DNA of 64,000 nucleotides from an uncultured Planctomycetota bacterium (lineage in GTDB: Bacteria; Planctomycetota; Planctomycetia; Isosphaerales; Isosphaeraceae), in NCBI GenBank assembly GCA_963845755.1, contig CAWJTV010000011.1, positions 96,001 through 160,000 on the forward strand, written 5' to 3'. Under the pieces are notes generated by a model that was given only the letters and a program-made list of their open reading frames with translations, was not told the origin of the DNA and did no database searches. Made by a program: the position numbers and the translations under genes. Positions 1-10,999 of this stretch are shown piece after piece. Position 1 is the first letter of the stretch. Every line of letters starts with the position of its first letter.

Positions 1-548
1 ATACGTTCGAGCGCTTCGGCATGACCGTTCTGGCCGTGCTCGCCGTGATGGGGGTGACGCTGCGGGCCCTTGACCGTCGATGGCGCATCGAGGACTGGCT
101 GGAGCGATCCTCGGAGCCAAGCGAGCGACCCGAATCCCGCCTCGACGTCGCGCTCCCCGCCCCGGTCCTGGGCGTGATTGCTCTCGCCGGGCTCGTGGTC
201 CTCAGCGGAGTCGGGTGTTACGCCTATTACCCCGCCCCTGAGGAGACCTTCAAAGAAATGTCGATTCTTCGAGCGGAAGTGTTGACCGCGGCGACCAGCG
301 GCAACACGAAGCACGCCCTGCACTTCATCCCAATCTGGGACGACTGGACACGACGGCTCCAGGTGAGCGCCTTCCTCCGTGCGGGGACGCTCAGTCCCTA
401 TCGGCGGATGAAGGCGAAAGTGTTTCGTGATCGCCTCGAATTCCTCAAGCACGCCGTCGAGGAGGGCGACCGGGAAGAGAGCCGTGAGTACGTCCAGGCC
501 GTCGACCGGGCCTACCGCCGGATCGCACAGGTCTTCCTCGGAACGTAG
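1..548 (+). CDS. C-terminal part of a membrane protein (permease-like), 5' truncated by window edge
   Basis: ORF 21..548 is open toward the window start; two hydrophobic segments then a helical soluble tail. Confidence 0.5.
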   Translation, partial: TFERFGMTVLAVLAVMGVTLRALDRRWRIEDWLERSSEPSERPESRLDVALPAPVLGVIALAGLVVLSGVGCYAYYPAPEETFKEMSILRAEVLTAATSGNTKHALHFIPIWDDWTRRLQVSAFLRAGTLSPYRRMKAKVFRDRLEFLKHAVEEGDREESREYVQAVDRAYRRIAQVFLGT

Positions 549-631
549 GCCTCGAGTCCCTGATTCGTTCGTGGACTGATGCGGGCTCGGACGCTTTGAA
601 TCGCACACCAAGAACATAAGGACTCAAGAAG

Positions 632-1051
632 ATGCCTTCACGAACCCCGATGACTCGGCGCACGATGCTCTCCGGCTCACTGGCCCTGATGCTGGCCGGG
701 TGCGGCGTACCGGAATCGAAGCCGATTCCGCCCGAAGAACGGGGGCTGAAGCAGTTCGCCGAGCTCTATCGCAACCTCGTGACCAAGAACCACCGCGGAC
801 CCAAGTCGCTCAAGGAGCTCAACGTGAAAGGGCAGGGGTATCCGATGGCCGTCGAAGCCATCAAATCGGGCGACATCGTCGTCCAGTGGGGCGCCACGCT
901 GACCCCGACCGGCGAGCCGACGGATGCCGTCCTGGCCTACATGAAGACCGTGCCCGGGCAACGAGAGCAGGTCCTGATGCAGGACGGCTGGACGATCAAG
1001 TCGATGACCGCCGACGAGTTCAAGACGGCGCCGAATGCCAGTCCTCAATGA
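632..1051 (+). CDS. Putative lipoprotein
   Basis: N-terminal TRR + hydrophobic stretch + lipobox LAGC. Confidence 0.65.
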   Translation: MPSRTPMTRRTMLSGSLALMLAGCGVPESKPIPPEERGLKQFAELYRNLVTKNHRGPKSLKELNVKGQGYPMAVEAIKSGDIVVQWGATLTPTGEPTDAVLAYMKTVPGQREQVLMQDGWTIKSMTADEFKTAPNASPQ

Positions 1052-1059
1052 GCCGGGTA

Positions 1060-2916
1060 TCACCGAGAGAGCGAGAACTCCAAGCAAGAGGGGCCGAACC
1101 GCATCATGCCGGCCGGCCCCGGGGGAAGATCGCCGGGTGATGCCCACCCCACGAGAAGAGCCGTCAGGACTACGGCCGGCGTTCCCGCGACTCGGTCTCG
1201 GAGGGCCGCGTTCGAAACGCGCTGGCCTGGAGCAGGACGGGCCGGCTGCCGGGTTGCCGGGCGTCGTGCTGCACTCGCCGCGCCGGCGTTACGTCCCTCC
1301 GGTGTTCCGCGGCGCCCCGCTTCGGCCGCGGGCCGGGCTTCGCGCGCCTCCATCTGACGCGATGATCCCCTCTCCGCCTCATCTCGGTGGGCGACTTCGG
1401 CCCGAGCGCCTCCGGCATGTTCTGCGGGGTGGCCGCCGGGATGGCCTGCGGGATGTGCCGCCGGGTGAGCCGCGATCGGTGAATGGGGCAAGCTCATCGT
1501 CCGGGGCCGGTTGGCCATGCCGGAGCGGGCCGCCTCGCGCTCCTGGTGCAGCCGCTGCTCCCGCAGCTGGTGCAACTGCGCCACATTCTGTCGCAACTGC
1601 CGCCGCTCTGCCTCGCTCACCCGCACCATCCGCAGGTTCCTCCCGGCGATCGGATCAGCGGCTAATCGGTTCAGCGGCATACCCATGGTCCGATGGTCGA
1701 TAACGGTAATGTTCCGCGTGATCGAGACGTTCCGCTCGATCCGAATCTGCTCGGCGTACGTCCCCGGCGGCCGAAACGCCACGTTGTCGCGGCGGAGGAT
1801 ATACGCCTCGCGGACCTGCGCAATCCAGCGCGGGTTCTGCCGAAGATTCACCACCGCATAGTACGAGAACAGCGGGTCGAAATAGGCCGGGCGGCCCGTT
1901 GCGAAGCTGAAGGAGAACCAGGGGACGATCCCGACGCTGACGAAGTTCTGGGCGTAGAAGTTACCGAAGAGGTACTGATTCGTGCTCGCCTGGACGAACA
2001 GGTTGCCGGTCACCGCCGAGCCGACGATGCTGATCGATGGTGTGAAGGCGAAGCCCGGTTGGGCGTAGACCGGCTGGGGGTAGTAGACCGGTGCGAACAT
2101 GAGCCCGCGGTTGGCCACGGGCAGGTCCCAGTAGCCGGGGACGAAGAGATACCCACTGGGAGTCCAGACGTAATGGGCGGGAATCCAGATCCAGTTGGGC
2201 TGGACGGCCGCCCAGAACCCGGGCCGCCAGGCGTAGCCGCCTTGCTGCCAGGACCAATAGCCCGGCGTCCAGGCCACGTTGGGTCCCGGCTGCGGCGTGT
2301 TCGGGCCCGACTCCAGGCTCTGCGGCGGCGGCGGGAGATACGTCGCCTGGCTCTGACCCTGGGGCTGGGCCTGACCCTGACCCTGGGCCGGTCCGGCACT
2401 TACGGGCATCCACGAGCCGGGGACCCACTGGTTACCTCCATCGACCTGATGCCAGTACCCGGGGACCCATTGGGTGCTCGGCGGCGGCTCGCGCCAGATG
2501 CCGCTGACCCACAGGTAGTCGTTGCGCGTGACGTCCCAGGCCCAGTATCCCGGAATCCACTGGATATTCTGGCCCGACGGCTTCTGGTCTGGTGGCATCT
2601 CCTGGATCGGATCCGGCGGTCCCTTGGGTACGATCGGTCCGGCCTTGGCGTCGTGAACCACCGGCGCGGCGAACGCCTCATGAACCGGCCCCTGCGTCAA
2701 GACCTGCCCCCCTTGCGGATCCGTTTCCGCACCCGGTTCCGCCGCCGGACTTCCCTGCGGGTTCGCCCCGTCCGTGACGGGGGTCGGATTCGGGGGCGGC
2801 TCATCCTGACCCCATGCCACCGAGGATCCCATCATCCCGACCGACCACCCCACCATCACGGCAAGAACGATCCGGCTGACAGGCCGAGATTGCCCGGGGA
2901 CTCGAGGAATCGACAC
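1060..2916 (-). CDS. Secreted YXWGXW-repeat (WxxGxW) protein with Pro/Arg-rich tail
   Basis: Repeated WIPGYW/WVSGIW/WVPGYW/WTPGYW/WRPGFW motifs; signal peptide; GTG at 2916 preceded by AAGGAG. Confidence 0.8.
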   Translation of the reverse strand: MSIPRVPGQSRPVSRIVLAVMVGWSVGMMGSSVAWGQDEPPPNPTPVTDGANPQGSPAAEPGAETDPQGGQVLTQGPVHEAFAAPVVHDAKAGPIVPKGPPDPIQEMPPDQKPSGQNIQWIPGYWAWDVTRNDYLWVSGIWREPPPSTQWVPGYWHQVDGGNQWVPGSWMPVSAGPAQGQGQAQPQGQSQATYLPPPPQSLESGPNTPQPGPNVAWTPGYWSWQQGGYAWRPGFWAAVQPNWIWIPAHYVWTPSGYLFVPGYWDLPVANRGLMFAPVYYPQPVYAQPGFAFTPSISIVGSAVTGNLFVQASTNQYLFGNFYAQNFVSVGIVPWFSFSFATGRPAYFDPLFSYYAVVNLRQNPRWIAQVREAYILRRDNVAFRPPGTYAEQIRIERNVSITRNITVIDHRTMGMPLNRLAADPIAGRNLRMVRVSEAERRQLRQNVAQLHQLREQRLHQEREAARSGMANRPRTMSLPHSPIAAHPAAHPAGHPGGHPAEHAGGARAEVAHRDEAERGSSRQMEAREARPAAEAGRRGTPEGRNAGAASAARRPATRQPARPAPGQRVSNAALRDRVAGTPAVVLTALLVGWASPGDLPPGPAGMMRFGPSCLEFSLSR

Positions 2917-3096
2917 GTCTGCTCTCCTTAGAATCGCGTGACTCAAGACCGCCGCATCCCACCGACGGCGAGGAATCCTCCCGACGGCGACTCCTCGTCG
3001 AGTCTGTCGGAGTTCCCGCAGGGTCGGGATTCTACCCGTCGTGCGAGAATCCGTCTGCCAGAGTCTCTCGGAATCGCCCCGTCCGGCCACCACGTT

Positions 3097-3901
3097 TTAT
3101 GCAGCGATGCCATCATGATGGAATTCGCGGGCGGCGATGGCAATCGTTCGTTCATCAACGAGTGCGAGATCCTGCGCGTACGCGATAAGTAAAGCCAGAT
3201 CAGCAATGTGGTTAAGGCGACGAGGGAGGCCGTTGGCGGCGCGGTGGAGAGCGGGCAAGGCGGCGGGAGCGAAGAGGGGGGATCGTGCTCCGGCGGCGGC
3301 AAGGCGTCCGAGAACGTAAGTCGATGCCTCGGACTCGGTCAAGGGAGCGAGGAGGCAGCGCGCCACGAGCCGATCGGCCAGCGTGGAAGGTAGGTCGAGC
3401 AAGGTCTCGGCGCTGCCGATCAACAACAACGAAAGGTCGGGGGATCCATCGGTCGCAAAGTTGAGCAGCAGCCGGAGGGCATCGAAGGTTGAACGGCTGA
3501 TCGATCAGGTGGGCCTCATCGACGACAAGGAGGGGCGCCGGCCCTGGGCGACTGTCGCGGCAAGGTGCCCGCGCAACTGCCGCAAAGACTCGGTCAAAGA
3601 CGCGGGAGGTGACGGTAGGCTGGCGAACTCCTCGGCCAGGTGTGCCACCAGGTCGACCGCGGGCAAGGCCGGGAAAGTCACGTGCACGACCGGGCCAACC
3701 CATCGACTCGATAGCCGGCGTGCCAGGAGCGTCTTGCCCAAGCCCGGCTCGCCGAACAACATCGCCGGACCTCGCCCCTGATCCAGCCGCATATTGCAGC
3801 CGTCGCAACACGCCCTCATGGCTGGACAAGGCCACGTAGGCCGACGGACTCACCGTCTCGTCGAACGGGCGACGTTCCAGGCCATAGTGGGTCTCGTACA
3901 C
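3097..3901 (-). CDS. ExeA/GspA-family AAA ATPase (frameshifted in this assembly)
   Basis: YETHYGLERRPF N-terminus, Walker A GEPGLGKT, Walker B LLVVDEAH, C-terminal GLPRRLNHIADLALL; pieces lie in three frames. Confidence 0.8.
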
Positions 3902-4019
3902 GTTCCCGTCCTCAAGCCTTTGAGATAGTCCGAGAACCCCGTCGGGTGGATGAAATCGACCGAGAATCGGCCCGATCCCGGCAGGTTTCACCCGCTCGGC
4001 AAGGCTTAAGGACTCGATG

Positions 4020-4868
4020 TCAGACGAATGTCTCGGCCAGTCCCAGGAGGGGGACACCGCCCGCCTCGAGGATCTCGCGGGCGCGGAGGATCGCCCGCTC
4101 ACTAGTAAGGCCGTGGTGCTGGACGAGCACGGCGGCGTCTACCGAGCGATGGAGCACCGCCGCGTTCAAGCCGGTGAACAACGGGCCGCCGTCGAGGAGG
4201 ATCAGGTCGAACTCACGGCGGAGCCGGGCCAGGGAGCAGGTCCAGGCCGGTCCGGTGAGGAACTCGCGGGGCCGTGCCACGGCGCCCCGCATCGGCAGGA
4301 CGGCGAGATGGTCGTCGGCTGCGTCGATCAGGGCGTCGGAGAGGGCTCGGCCGTCCTCGGCGACATCATCGAACCCGACCGCGGGCCTCAAGCCCAACAG
4401 GCGCGCGAGCATGGGCCCGGTGAGGTCCGCCTCGACGAGCACGGTGCGGCATGGACGACGCGACAGGGCTCGGGCCAGCGCCAGCACCAGGGTGGTCCGG
4501 CCTTCGGCCCGGTGGCAACTGGTGAACAGGATGACCCGGAGATTCCGCTGCTGCTGGCACTGCAACAGGAATTCGGCCATCCTCTCGAATCGGTCGCCCC
4601 ACTCCCGTTCCAGGTTCAGGACGACCGCCGGCCATTGAAGCTCGGCGCCGGGTCCCGCAACGGTCGCCCTGGAGAATGACCCTGACCCGATCGCCCTCGG
4701 CGGTGCGGATGAGGTCTCCGGTCCCACAGCGAGGACCGGCGTCGCGATCGACTCCGGATGTGGTAGGCCCGGGGACACACGGGCGGGCCAATGAGGTGCC
4801 GGCGGTACGGCCTCGCGCGCATCCCCTTTCTCCCGCTGGGCGTAGGCGCGGTGCGAGCGCCTCATCAA
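4020..4868 (-). CDS. CpsD/CapB-family tyrosine-kinase-like P-loop protein
   Basis: VILFTSCHRAEGRTT, VLVEADL, FDLILLDGGP, LLGLAETF motifs. Confidence 0.75.
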   Translation of the reverse strand: MMRRSHRAYAQREKGDAREAVPPAPHWPARVSPGLPHPESIATPVLAVGPETSSAPPRAIGSGSFSRATVAGPGAELQWPAVVLNLEREWGDRFERMAEFLLQCQQQRNLRVILFTSCHRAEGRTTLVLALARALSRRPCRTVLVEADLTGPMLARLLGLRPAVGFDDVAEDGRALSDALIDAADDHLAVLPMRGAVARPREFLTGPAWTCSLARLRREFDLILLDGGPLFTGLNAAVLHRSVDAAVLVQHHGLTSERAILRAREILEAGGVPLLGLAETFV

Positions 4869-5401
4869 CCTCCCTCATTGGCCGCCTCCTCCAGGCTGTC
4901 GTCGGGCAGCAGGTATCCCGGAAAGATGACGGAAACCTCCGCGTCGGCGATGGGTGCCCCGATCGCCGGCTCGAGGGGTCGAACCGCCCCGGAAGACGCG
5001 TCGATCGCGACAACAGCCGGCATCATCACAGACCGGCTCGATCCGAGCCGCGCGCCCCCCTCGTCGCGGGTTCGCGCGCCGGCCTCGGCGAGTTCACCCC
5101 ATGCTGGCAGGTTGACGGCCCGGGTCGCCAGGCTTGCCCAGCCCAGAGCACCGCCGCCGAGGATCGGCAGCAGGGCAAGGAGGGACCAGCCCGCGAGTCG
5201 CACGTGCCGACGGAGCCGACGCCGCGGCTGATGACGGCGTGGTGGCGACTGCCGCAATCTCTGACGGCTCACGGTCGGTTCCAGAGGACGGACCCGCGGC
5301 GCCTGGACCTTCGGTACCGCGATCAGCACGGCCAACTCGAGGCCCGGCGATCGTCCGGCTCGCTTGCTAGCGGCCGTTGGGTAGGTATCGGTTCGGCTCA
5401 T
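4865..5401 (-). CDS. Hypothetical single-TM protein
   Basis: Arg-rich segment then TM helix; stop overlaps start of the next gene. Confidence 0.5.
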   Translation of the reverse strand: MSRTDTYPTAASKRAGRSPGLELAVLIAVPKVQAPRVRPLEPTVSRQRLRQSPPRRHQPRRRLRRHVRLAGWSLLALLPILGGGALGWASLATRAVNLPAWGELAEAGARTRDEGGARLGSSRSVMMPAVVAIDASSGAVRPLEPAIGAPIADAEVSVIFPGYLLPDDSLEEAANEGG

Positions 5402-5836
5402 GGCGGCATTCCCCCGCGTTCCAGGCTGTCCCCATCGCGTCGCAGATTCAAGGTCGGTGCTGACCGATTGCCGCACGCCGACGCTTGGCGGCTCTCCCGG
5501 TCGATTTGTTTCATCGTCCCGTCAACCCGTCAAACTTGAACAGCCATGACGAAAATACCGAAACCGGGATCTTGCCGGATCAATTGGGTTAAAAAGCCGC
5601 TACATCCGCGCCAGCCGACAACATCACCGTGGCTTGACGTGATCGATTCCGCAGTCGCAGGAAAAGAGGCTCGGCCCTGGGTGCAACCAAGAGGCCCGAA
5701 TCAGGATCGCCCGGCGATGGACGGTTCCCAAGTCGGGCCTGACACGAAGACGGTGATAGGCTACGGAGCGATCGGGCACAACCGAGTTCAGAAGAGTCCA
5801 TCGCCGGAAGGAGGGATGGGATGGCAGTCCGTCGGC

Positions 5837-7396
5837 TCATCGTCCCCGGAAGAATCCGAAGAGGCCCCCCCTGGTTCGCATCGGTGAGCTGACCTGGGCC
5901 GGAGTGTTGGCGACCATCGCCGGTCGGCCGGATTCGTACTGGAGGACCGGCCGGAACTGCGGCGGGGCACCGGCCAGCCGACCTGAAGCGATCCCGCCGT
6001 TGGCGAGGTCCACCGATCGGACGTTGGCCTCGGTCACGTAGGGATTGTGCCCAGCCCATCGCGATTCCAAGAGTTCCAGCACGTTCAGCGGCGCGAACAT
6101 CCCCTCGCCGCCGACCGAGATCCAATCCGCCGCGTAGGGGTTGCTCTCGTCCACCCGGCCGTCCAACCCGTAGACCAGGCTATATTCGTAGAAGACCACG
6201 CGGTCTTTGTCCTCCTGGCCGTTGAGCATCGAACCGGCGTTCGCATGCAACTCCATCACGACGCCTACAGCGCGGGGACCGCGGCCGGGTAGGGCATGAT
6301 AGGTCGCAATATACTTGTAGATCCCGTGATTCCACACCTCATTGATCACGCCGCGGGGCGGGAACGCCCGAAGATTGGCCAGCAGCGCCTTGTGCTCGCC
6401 GCGGATATGGGTCTCGAGCATCGCGTGCACACGCGACACCTGGTAATCGGTCGGATCGGAACCCGGCCGCGGCGGGCCCGGTGGGATATCCGTGGCATAA
6501 TCGCCGATCCGGTGGTTGAGATGGTTCTCGCCCAGCTCGACCCACAGGGCTTTGAGCTCGTCCTTCGTCAGCCCCGACCCGGGTGCCGGGACCGGCTCAT
6601 TCAGCAGGATGGAGGCCGCCGCTCCCCCCAGGCAATGGCCGGGCCATCGGGAGACCCCGTTGGTCTGGCTGTACGCCGCCTCCCACTGCCGTGCCCCTGT
6701 TCCAAAGAGCTGGTCGTACTTGAGCAAGGGCGATTGGGTGAGGAAGATCGTCAACTGGCCGCCGTGCTCCTTGTCGGGTCCCAGCCAGGTCAGGTCGTCG
6801 AAGAGGTTCGGGAACCAGGTCGCCTCGTCCCCGGGCGCCGGCTGGGTCTCGAGCAAGCCGTTAGGCCCGGCCATCACGATATCCACTCCGGGAGGGATGT
6901 AAGTCCCCGGAGTCGCGATCAACTGGTCGTCACCATTGACGATCATGGTGTCAACCACGCCATTGCCACCGGCCCAGGGCTCATGGATCGAGTCGGCCTT
7001 TGTGGGCCAGTAGTAGAAGTTCCAGGGCTTCTTGAGACTCTGGCCGACCTGGACAAAGGTCGTCTCCACTGTGTACGACTTCTTGGCCCCCTCTACCTTG
7101 AAAGTGACCCACCCCTGGTGATCCCGGCCGATCTCCTGGCCATCAGTCAGACTCTGACCATCCGCGAATCTCATCTCGACCACTCGCCCGAGACTCGCTT
7201 TGATTTTCAACTCGCCGCCGAACCGTGTCGGAATGTACACACCGAAGTAACGGTCGCCGGTTTGCACATCCGAAGCGCCTCCCAACGGGACACTTGTCAC
7301 GTGCTCGGTGGTCTGCGCGTGAACGGCCACACCCATCAGGATTGTGGCGGCCAACGCCCACACCAAGAGACTACCGAGCCGGTTGCCACTGCACAT
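5837..7396 (-). CDS. Secreted protein with transglutaminase-elicitor-like Cys/His motifs
   Basis: Signal peptide; PWNFYYWP, SPLLKYD, WPGHCLGGAAASIL, EVWNHGIYKY resemble the TGase_elicitor pattern. Confidence 0.6.
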   Translation of the reverse strand: MCSGNRLGSLLVWALAATILMGVAVHAQTTEHVTSVPLGGASDVQTGDRYFGVYIPTRFGGELKIKASLGRVVEMRFADGQSLTDGQEIGRDHQGWVTFKVEGAKKSYTVETTFVQVGQSLKKPWNFYYWPTKADSIHEPWAGGNGVVDTMIVNGDDQLIATPGTYIPPGVDIVMAGPNGLLETQPAPGDEATWFPNLFDDLTWLGPDKEHGGQLTIFLTQSPLLKYDQLFGTGARQWEAAYSQTNGVSRWPGHCLGGAAASILLNEPVPAPGSGLTKDELKALWVELGENHLNHRIGDYATDIPPGPPRPGSDPTDYQVSRVHAMLETHIRGEHKALLANLRAFPPRGVINEVWNHGIYKYIATYHALPGRGPRAVGVVMELHANAGSMLNGQEDKDRVVFYEYSLVYGLDGRVDESNPYAADWISVGGEGMFAPLNVLELLESRWAGHNPYVTEANVRSVDLANGGIASGRLAGAPPQFRPVLQYESGRPAMVANTPAQVSSPMRTRGGLFGFFRGR

Positions 7397-8053
7397 GCTG
7401 CCTCCCGAAACCGGTGTTGATTGAACTCGTCTGATCGCGCCGACGCTGGATAGAAGGACTCCGGCTCCCGATTCTGTTGCTTAGCAGATCCCCACAAAAC
7501 GGGACGAATTTTCGGTCTTTCGACAAACTCGTCCTCATTCTTGCGCCAATGTCTCGTAAGCGAATCAGAACCGATCGGAGCCAGGCGCGGTTTGCCGGAA
7601 CCCCCCCTTTTCGTTCGGCTGAGCAACCGGCAGCGGTGGATAGCAATTCGCCAAGTCTCTCCAGCTATCTTCTAGAAACTCGTCAAAGCCCCTAGAGTTC
7701 GTCAAGGCGGCATTTTGTCGATTTTCTCAAGTTCAGTGAATCATCGGCAGCGGTGAAGCCGATAACCTTCAACGGCCACCCCTGGGGTGGAGAGCGAGAG
7801 TCGGCCAAGACGACCGGCTTGAGGCTTCCGCCACCGTGAAAGGCCTTTGTGATCAAATCCCCATCGCGGGTTGGGGATCCGGTTCGCTCGAGGGCGCCAA
7901 CGGCGCCGAGTCAGCGGACTCCAGTGGGGACGGTGGTGTTGGCGATCGGACGTTGTCCACCATCGGCCGTGCCGAACCATCAGGGGATCTTAAGCTCACC
8001 GACTCGATCGAGACATCGACCGACAACCTCTCTCTTCACAAGAGGACATCGCG

Positions 8054-8667
8054 ATGACCAGTGCGGTACTTGTTATTGCTTTGAGTTTGTCTGGCCAAAG
8101 CCCGCAAGGGGCCTGGCCAGCCGCTCAAGGCCCAGGCAAAGTCCTTCCGCAAGCTCAGGCGCCGGCGAAGATCGCTCCGGCGCCCCAGGCTCCAGCGAAG
8201 ATCGCTCCGGCACCCCAGGCTCCGACGAAGATCGCTCCGGCACCCCAGGCTCCGAGCAAGATTGCGCCGGCGCCCCAGGCTCCGAGCAAGATGGCCCCGG
8301 CACTTATGCCCCGAGCAAGATCGCCCCGGCGCCCCAGGCTCCGGGCAAGATGGCCCCGGCGCCTTATGCTCCGAGCAAGGTCGCCCCGGCGCCCCAGGCT
8401 CCGGGCAAGATGGCCCCGCACTTATGCTCCGAGCAAGATCGCCCCGGCCCCAGGCTCCGGGCAAGATGGCCCCGGCACTTATGCTCCGAGCAAGATCGCC
8501 CCGGCACCCAGGCTCCGAACAAGATCGCCCCGGCACCCCAGGCTCCGAACAAGATCGCCCCGGCGCCCCAGGCTCCGGCCAAGATCGCCCCGGCACCCCA
8601 GGCTCCGGCCAAGTATGTGCCGACCGCTGTTCCCCAAGCCCCGGTCAAATCCTCGGGCCAGTATTGA
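8054..8667 (+). CDS. Secreted Pro/Ala-rich tandem-repeat protein (K[I/M]APAPQAPx)n
   Basis: AGAGGA RBS, signal peptide, about 15 repeats of 30 nt; frame slips within the repeats. Confidence 0.7.
8161..8612 (+). repeat. 30-bp coding tandem repeat (aagatcgccccggcaccccaggctccg...)
   Basis: Directly visible repeated units with QAP/YAP variants. Confidence 0.9.
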
Positions 8668-8737
8668 TGGGTGAGTGACGCGCCGACCGGATTCACGGTC
8701 AACACGTTACCCATCGTGCTGAGGCCGACGGGTTCAA

Positions 8738-8790
8738 ACAATCGCGGTGGCGACTCTCCATCGGGAGGGTCGTCGCCGTTGTTGTCTTTC
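8738..8790 (+). terminator. Probable intrinsic terminator hairpin
   Basis: cggtggcgactctcc...gggagggtcgtcgccg stem followed by ttgttgtcttt, downstream of the repeat gene. Confidence 0.5.
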
Positions 8791-8897
8791 GAACTCCGGC
8801 CTGCGGACTGACCATGCCTACCCAGCGGACCGATTCGATCTACGATGACGGGCGGAAGTTGGTCGCATCGACCTGAACGCGATAACGAAATGCCGGA

Positions 8898-9308
8898 TCA
8901 ATTCCGCTCGGGGTCGGACGCGGTCGAAGGGAGGACGGGGTCCCCTTGACGGAGGGTGTTCCAGATCTCGACGAAAGCTTGAGCCTCGGCGTCACGCCAG
9001 GAGAGGCCGGTCTCTTCCAACTCGTTCGCACGGCAGCCCCACCGTTCGCGCCACGGGACAGGCCAGCCTGCAACCACGCCGCGATAAGCCAGAGGGTGGA
9101 CGACCGAAAGCCGATCGGCTGGAGGCGCCGAAAAGCGATGATGAGGAACGTCGGCGGATCTCGACGTTCTTGATGGGGAAACCGATTGCGGCTCGGGCTC
9201 AATCGCGACGGCCGCGTCCTCGTCCCCCATCAGCAGGGAGAGCCGTCCTTGGACACACCGAACTTGAGGTCCGTCCGGTCCTCGTCTCAGGGTCCGAAGA
9301 TCGCTCAT
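8898..9308 (-). CDS. Hypothetical protein (possibly frameshifted)
   Basis: ORF track; C-terminal LEETGLSWRDAEAQAFVEIW looks protein-like. Confidence 0.35.
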   Translation of the reverse strand: MSDLRTLRRGPDGPQVRCVQGRLSLLMGDEDAAVAIEPEPQSVSPSRTSRSADVPHHRFSAPPADRLSVVHPLAYRGVVAGWPVPWRERWGCRANELEETGLSWRDAEAQAFVEIWNTLRQGDPVLPSTASDPERN

Positions 9309-9473
9309 GGGATCACCCCCAACGTGCTCCCCTGGTGGCTGGCCTCCAAACCTCCAGTCGCCCCTACGTGAATATCCTCTTTAGTCATTCTTCGGTCATG
9401 GTCTGGTGATTGTCCACCGCTACGCCGATAATTCATCGTTTTCTCCCCATTTTTACATTCCTCCAACCGCCGG

Positions 9474-10922
9474 GTGGATGCAATGATGCCCGTAGACAAC
9501 GCGACTCCGGGAATTGGTGACGCGGTGTCGGCCAGCGCGGATCGGATGCCGGCTGAGTTCGGCCTGGCGATGGCAACCTTCATGGTCGTGGCGAGCATGG
9601 TGGGAACCGGCGTCTTGACGACCTCGGGCTACACGGTCGCCAGCGTGGGCAGCAACCAGTGGATGCTGCTCCTCTGGGTCGTCGGGGGGCTGACCGCAGT
9701 CTGTGGGGCGTTGACACTGGCGGAGCTCTCGGCGGCCCTGCCGCGGACGGGTGGCGACTACGTGTACCTCTATGAGGCGTACGGGCCGTTGCCGGCATTC
9801 TTATCGGGCTGGGTCTCGTTTGTGATCGGGTTCGCCGGTCCCGGCGCCGCGGCGGCGTTCAGCTCGGCGAAGTACATGCTCAGGCCCTTCTTCAAGCCGG
9901 GCGCGGAGGTGGTGATCCCGGAGCGTTCGCTGGCGACACTTCTGATCCTGGCCTTCGCAGCGATCCATGTCTCAGGCCGTCGCCAGACCGCCCAGGTGCA
10001 GGTCTGGATCACGGTAGTGAAGCTGATGCTGCTCGTCGGGTTCGCCCTGGTCGGCATGGCGGTGGGTTGGCCGCACGCGGCCAATCTCGTCGATCCGACG
10101 CCGGTGAACGGCTCCCTCGCCCTCGGCATGCTGATGTCGCTCGTTTACATCTATTACGCATATACGGGCTGGAATGCTGCATCCTACCTGGCGGGAGAAG
10201 TCCGGGAGCCTCAGCGCCTGCTGCCGCGGGCGATCTTGCTGGGAACGGGGGGGGTCCTTCTCCTCTACCTGGCGGTCAATGTGGTCTACGCGTTGGCCCT
10301 CACGCCCGCCGACATTCGTGGCATCATCAACGACCCGGGGAATCATCGGAATCCGGACGCCGTAGCACCGATTGCCGAGATCGCCGCGGCGCGGCTCTTC
10401 GGAACCCGGTGGGCTGCTCCGCTCGGTATCGCCTTTGGCGTGATGCTCTTGTCCAGCCTCAGCGCTTACCTCTTGATCGGGCCCCGGGTCCTTTTCGCCA
10501 TGGCCCAGGCGGGCCAGTTTCCGTCGATCGCCGCCCGCCTGACCCGGCGGGCCAGCACCCCTGCCATCGCCACCGCGTTCCAGGTCGCAGTCTCGCTCAT
10601 CTTGCTCTGGATCGGTTCGATCGAGAGCCTCATCTTGTATGCCGGCGTGGGCCTGTCGATCTTCTCGATGCTGGCGATGAGCTCGATCTACATCCTCCGC
10701 CAGAGGCGCCCCGAGTTGCCCCGGCCGTTCCGCACGCCCGGTTATCCGATCACGCCGGCGGTTTACCTGGTCTTGACCGGTCTCATGACCCTTGCCGCAT
10801 TCTCCCAACGCCCGAAGGTCTCGGCCTATGCCCTCGCGAGCATCCTGGCCGGCGTCCCGGTTTATTACCTCTGGGAGTCTCTCAAGCGGAGGAAGCCGGC
10901 TGATAGACCGCTCTCCGATTGA
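9474..10922 (+). CDS. APC-family amino acid permease
   Basis: MVGTGV, AELSAALPRTGGDYVYLYEAYG, YAYTGWN, RPFRTPGYP; about 12 TM helices. Confidence 0.92.
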   Translation: MDAMMPVDNATPGIGDAVSASADRMPAEFGLAMATFMVVASMVGTGVLTTSGYTVASVGSNQWMLLLWVVGGLTAVCGALTLAELSAALPRTGGDYVYLYEAYGPLPAFLSGWVSFVIGFAGPGAAAAFSSAKYMLRPFFKPGAEVVIPERSLATLLILAFAAIHVSGRRQTAQVQVWITVVKLMLLVGFALVGMAVGWPHAANLVDPTPVNGSLALGMLMSLVYIYYAYTGWNAASYLAGEVREPQRLLPRAILLGTGGVLLLYLAVNVVYALALTPADIRGIINDPGNHRNPDAVAPIAEIAAARLFGTRWAAPLGIAFGVMLLSSLSAYLLIGPRVLFAMAQAGQFPSIAARLTRRASTPAIATAFQVAVSLILLWIGSIESLILYAGVGLSIFSMLAMSSIYILRQRRPELPRPFRTPGYPITPAVYLVLTGLMTLAAFSQRPKVSAYALASILAGVPVYYLWESLKRRKPADRPLSD

Positions 10923-10999
10923 TCCCGAGCAGCGTTCGCCTGTTAATCTGGCCCATGCCCGCAGGGCGAATGGTGTGTCGATAAAGTCGCGAGGGCGAA

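Noticed and set aside
8161..8612. 30-bp repeats as a CRISPR array
   Set aside because: Units are contiguous without unique spacers, encode a peptide repeat, and no cas genes are present.
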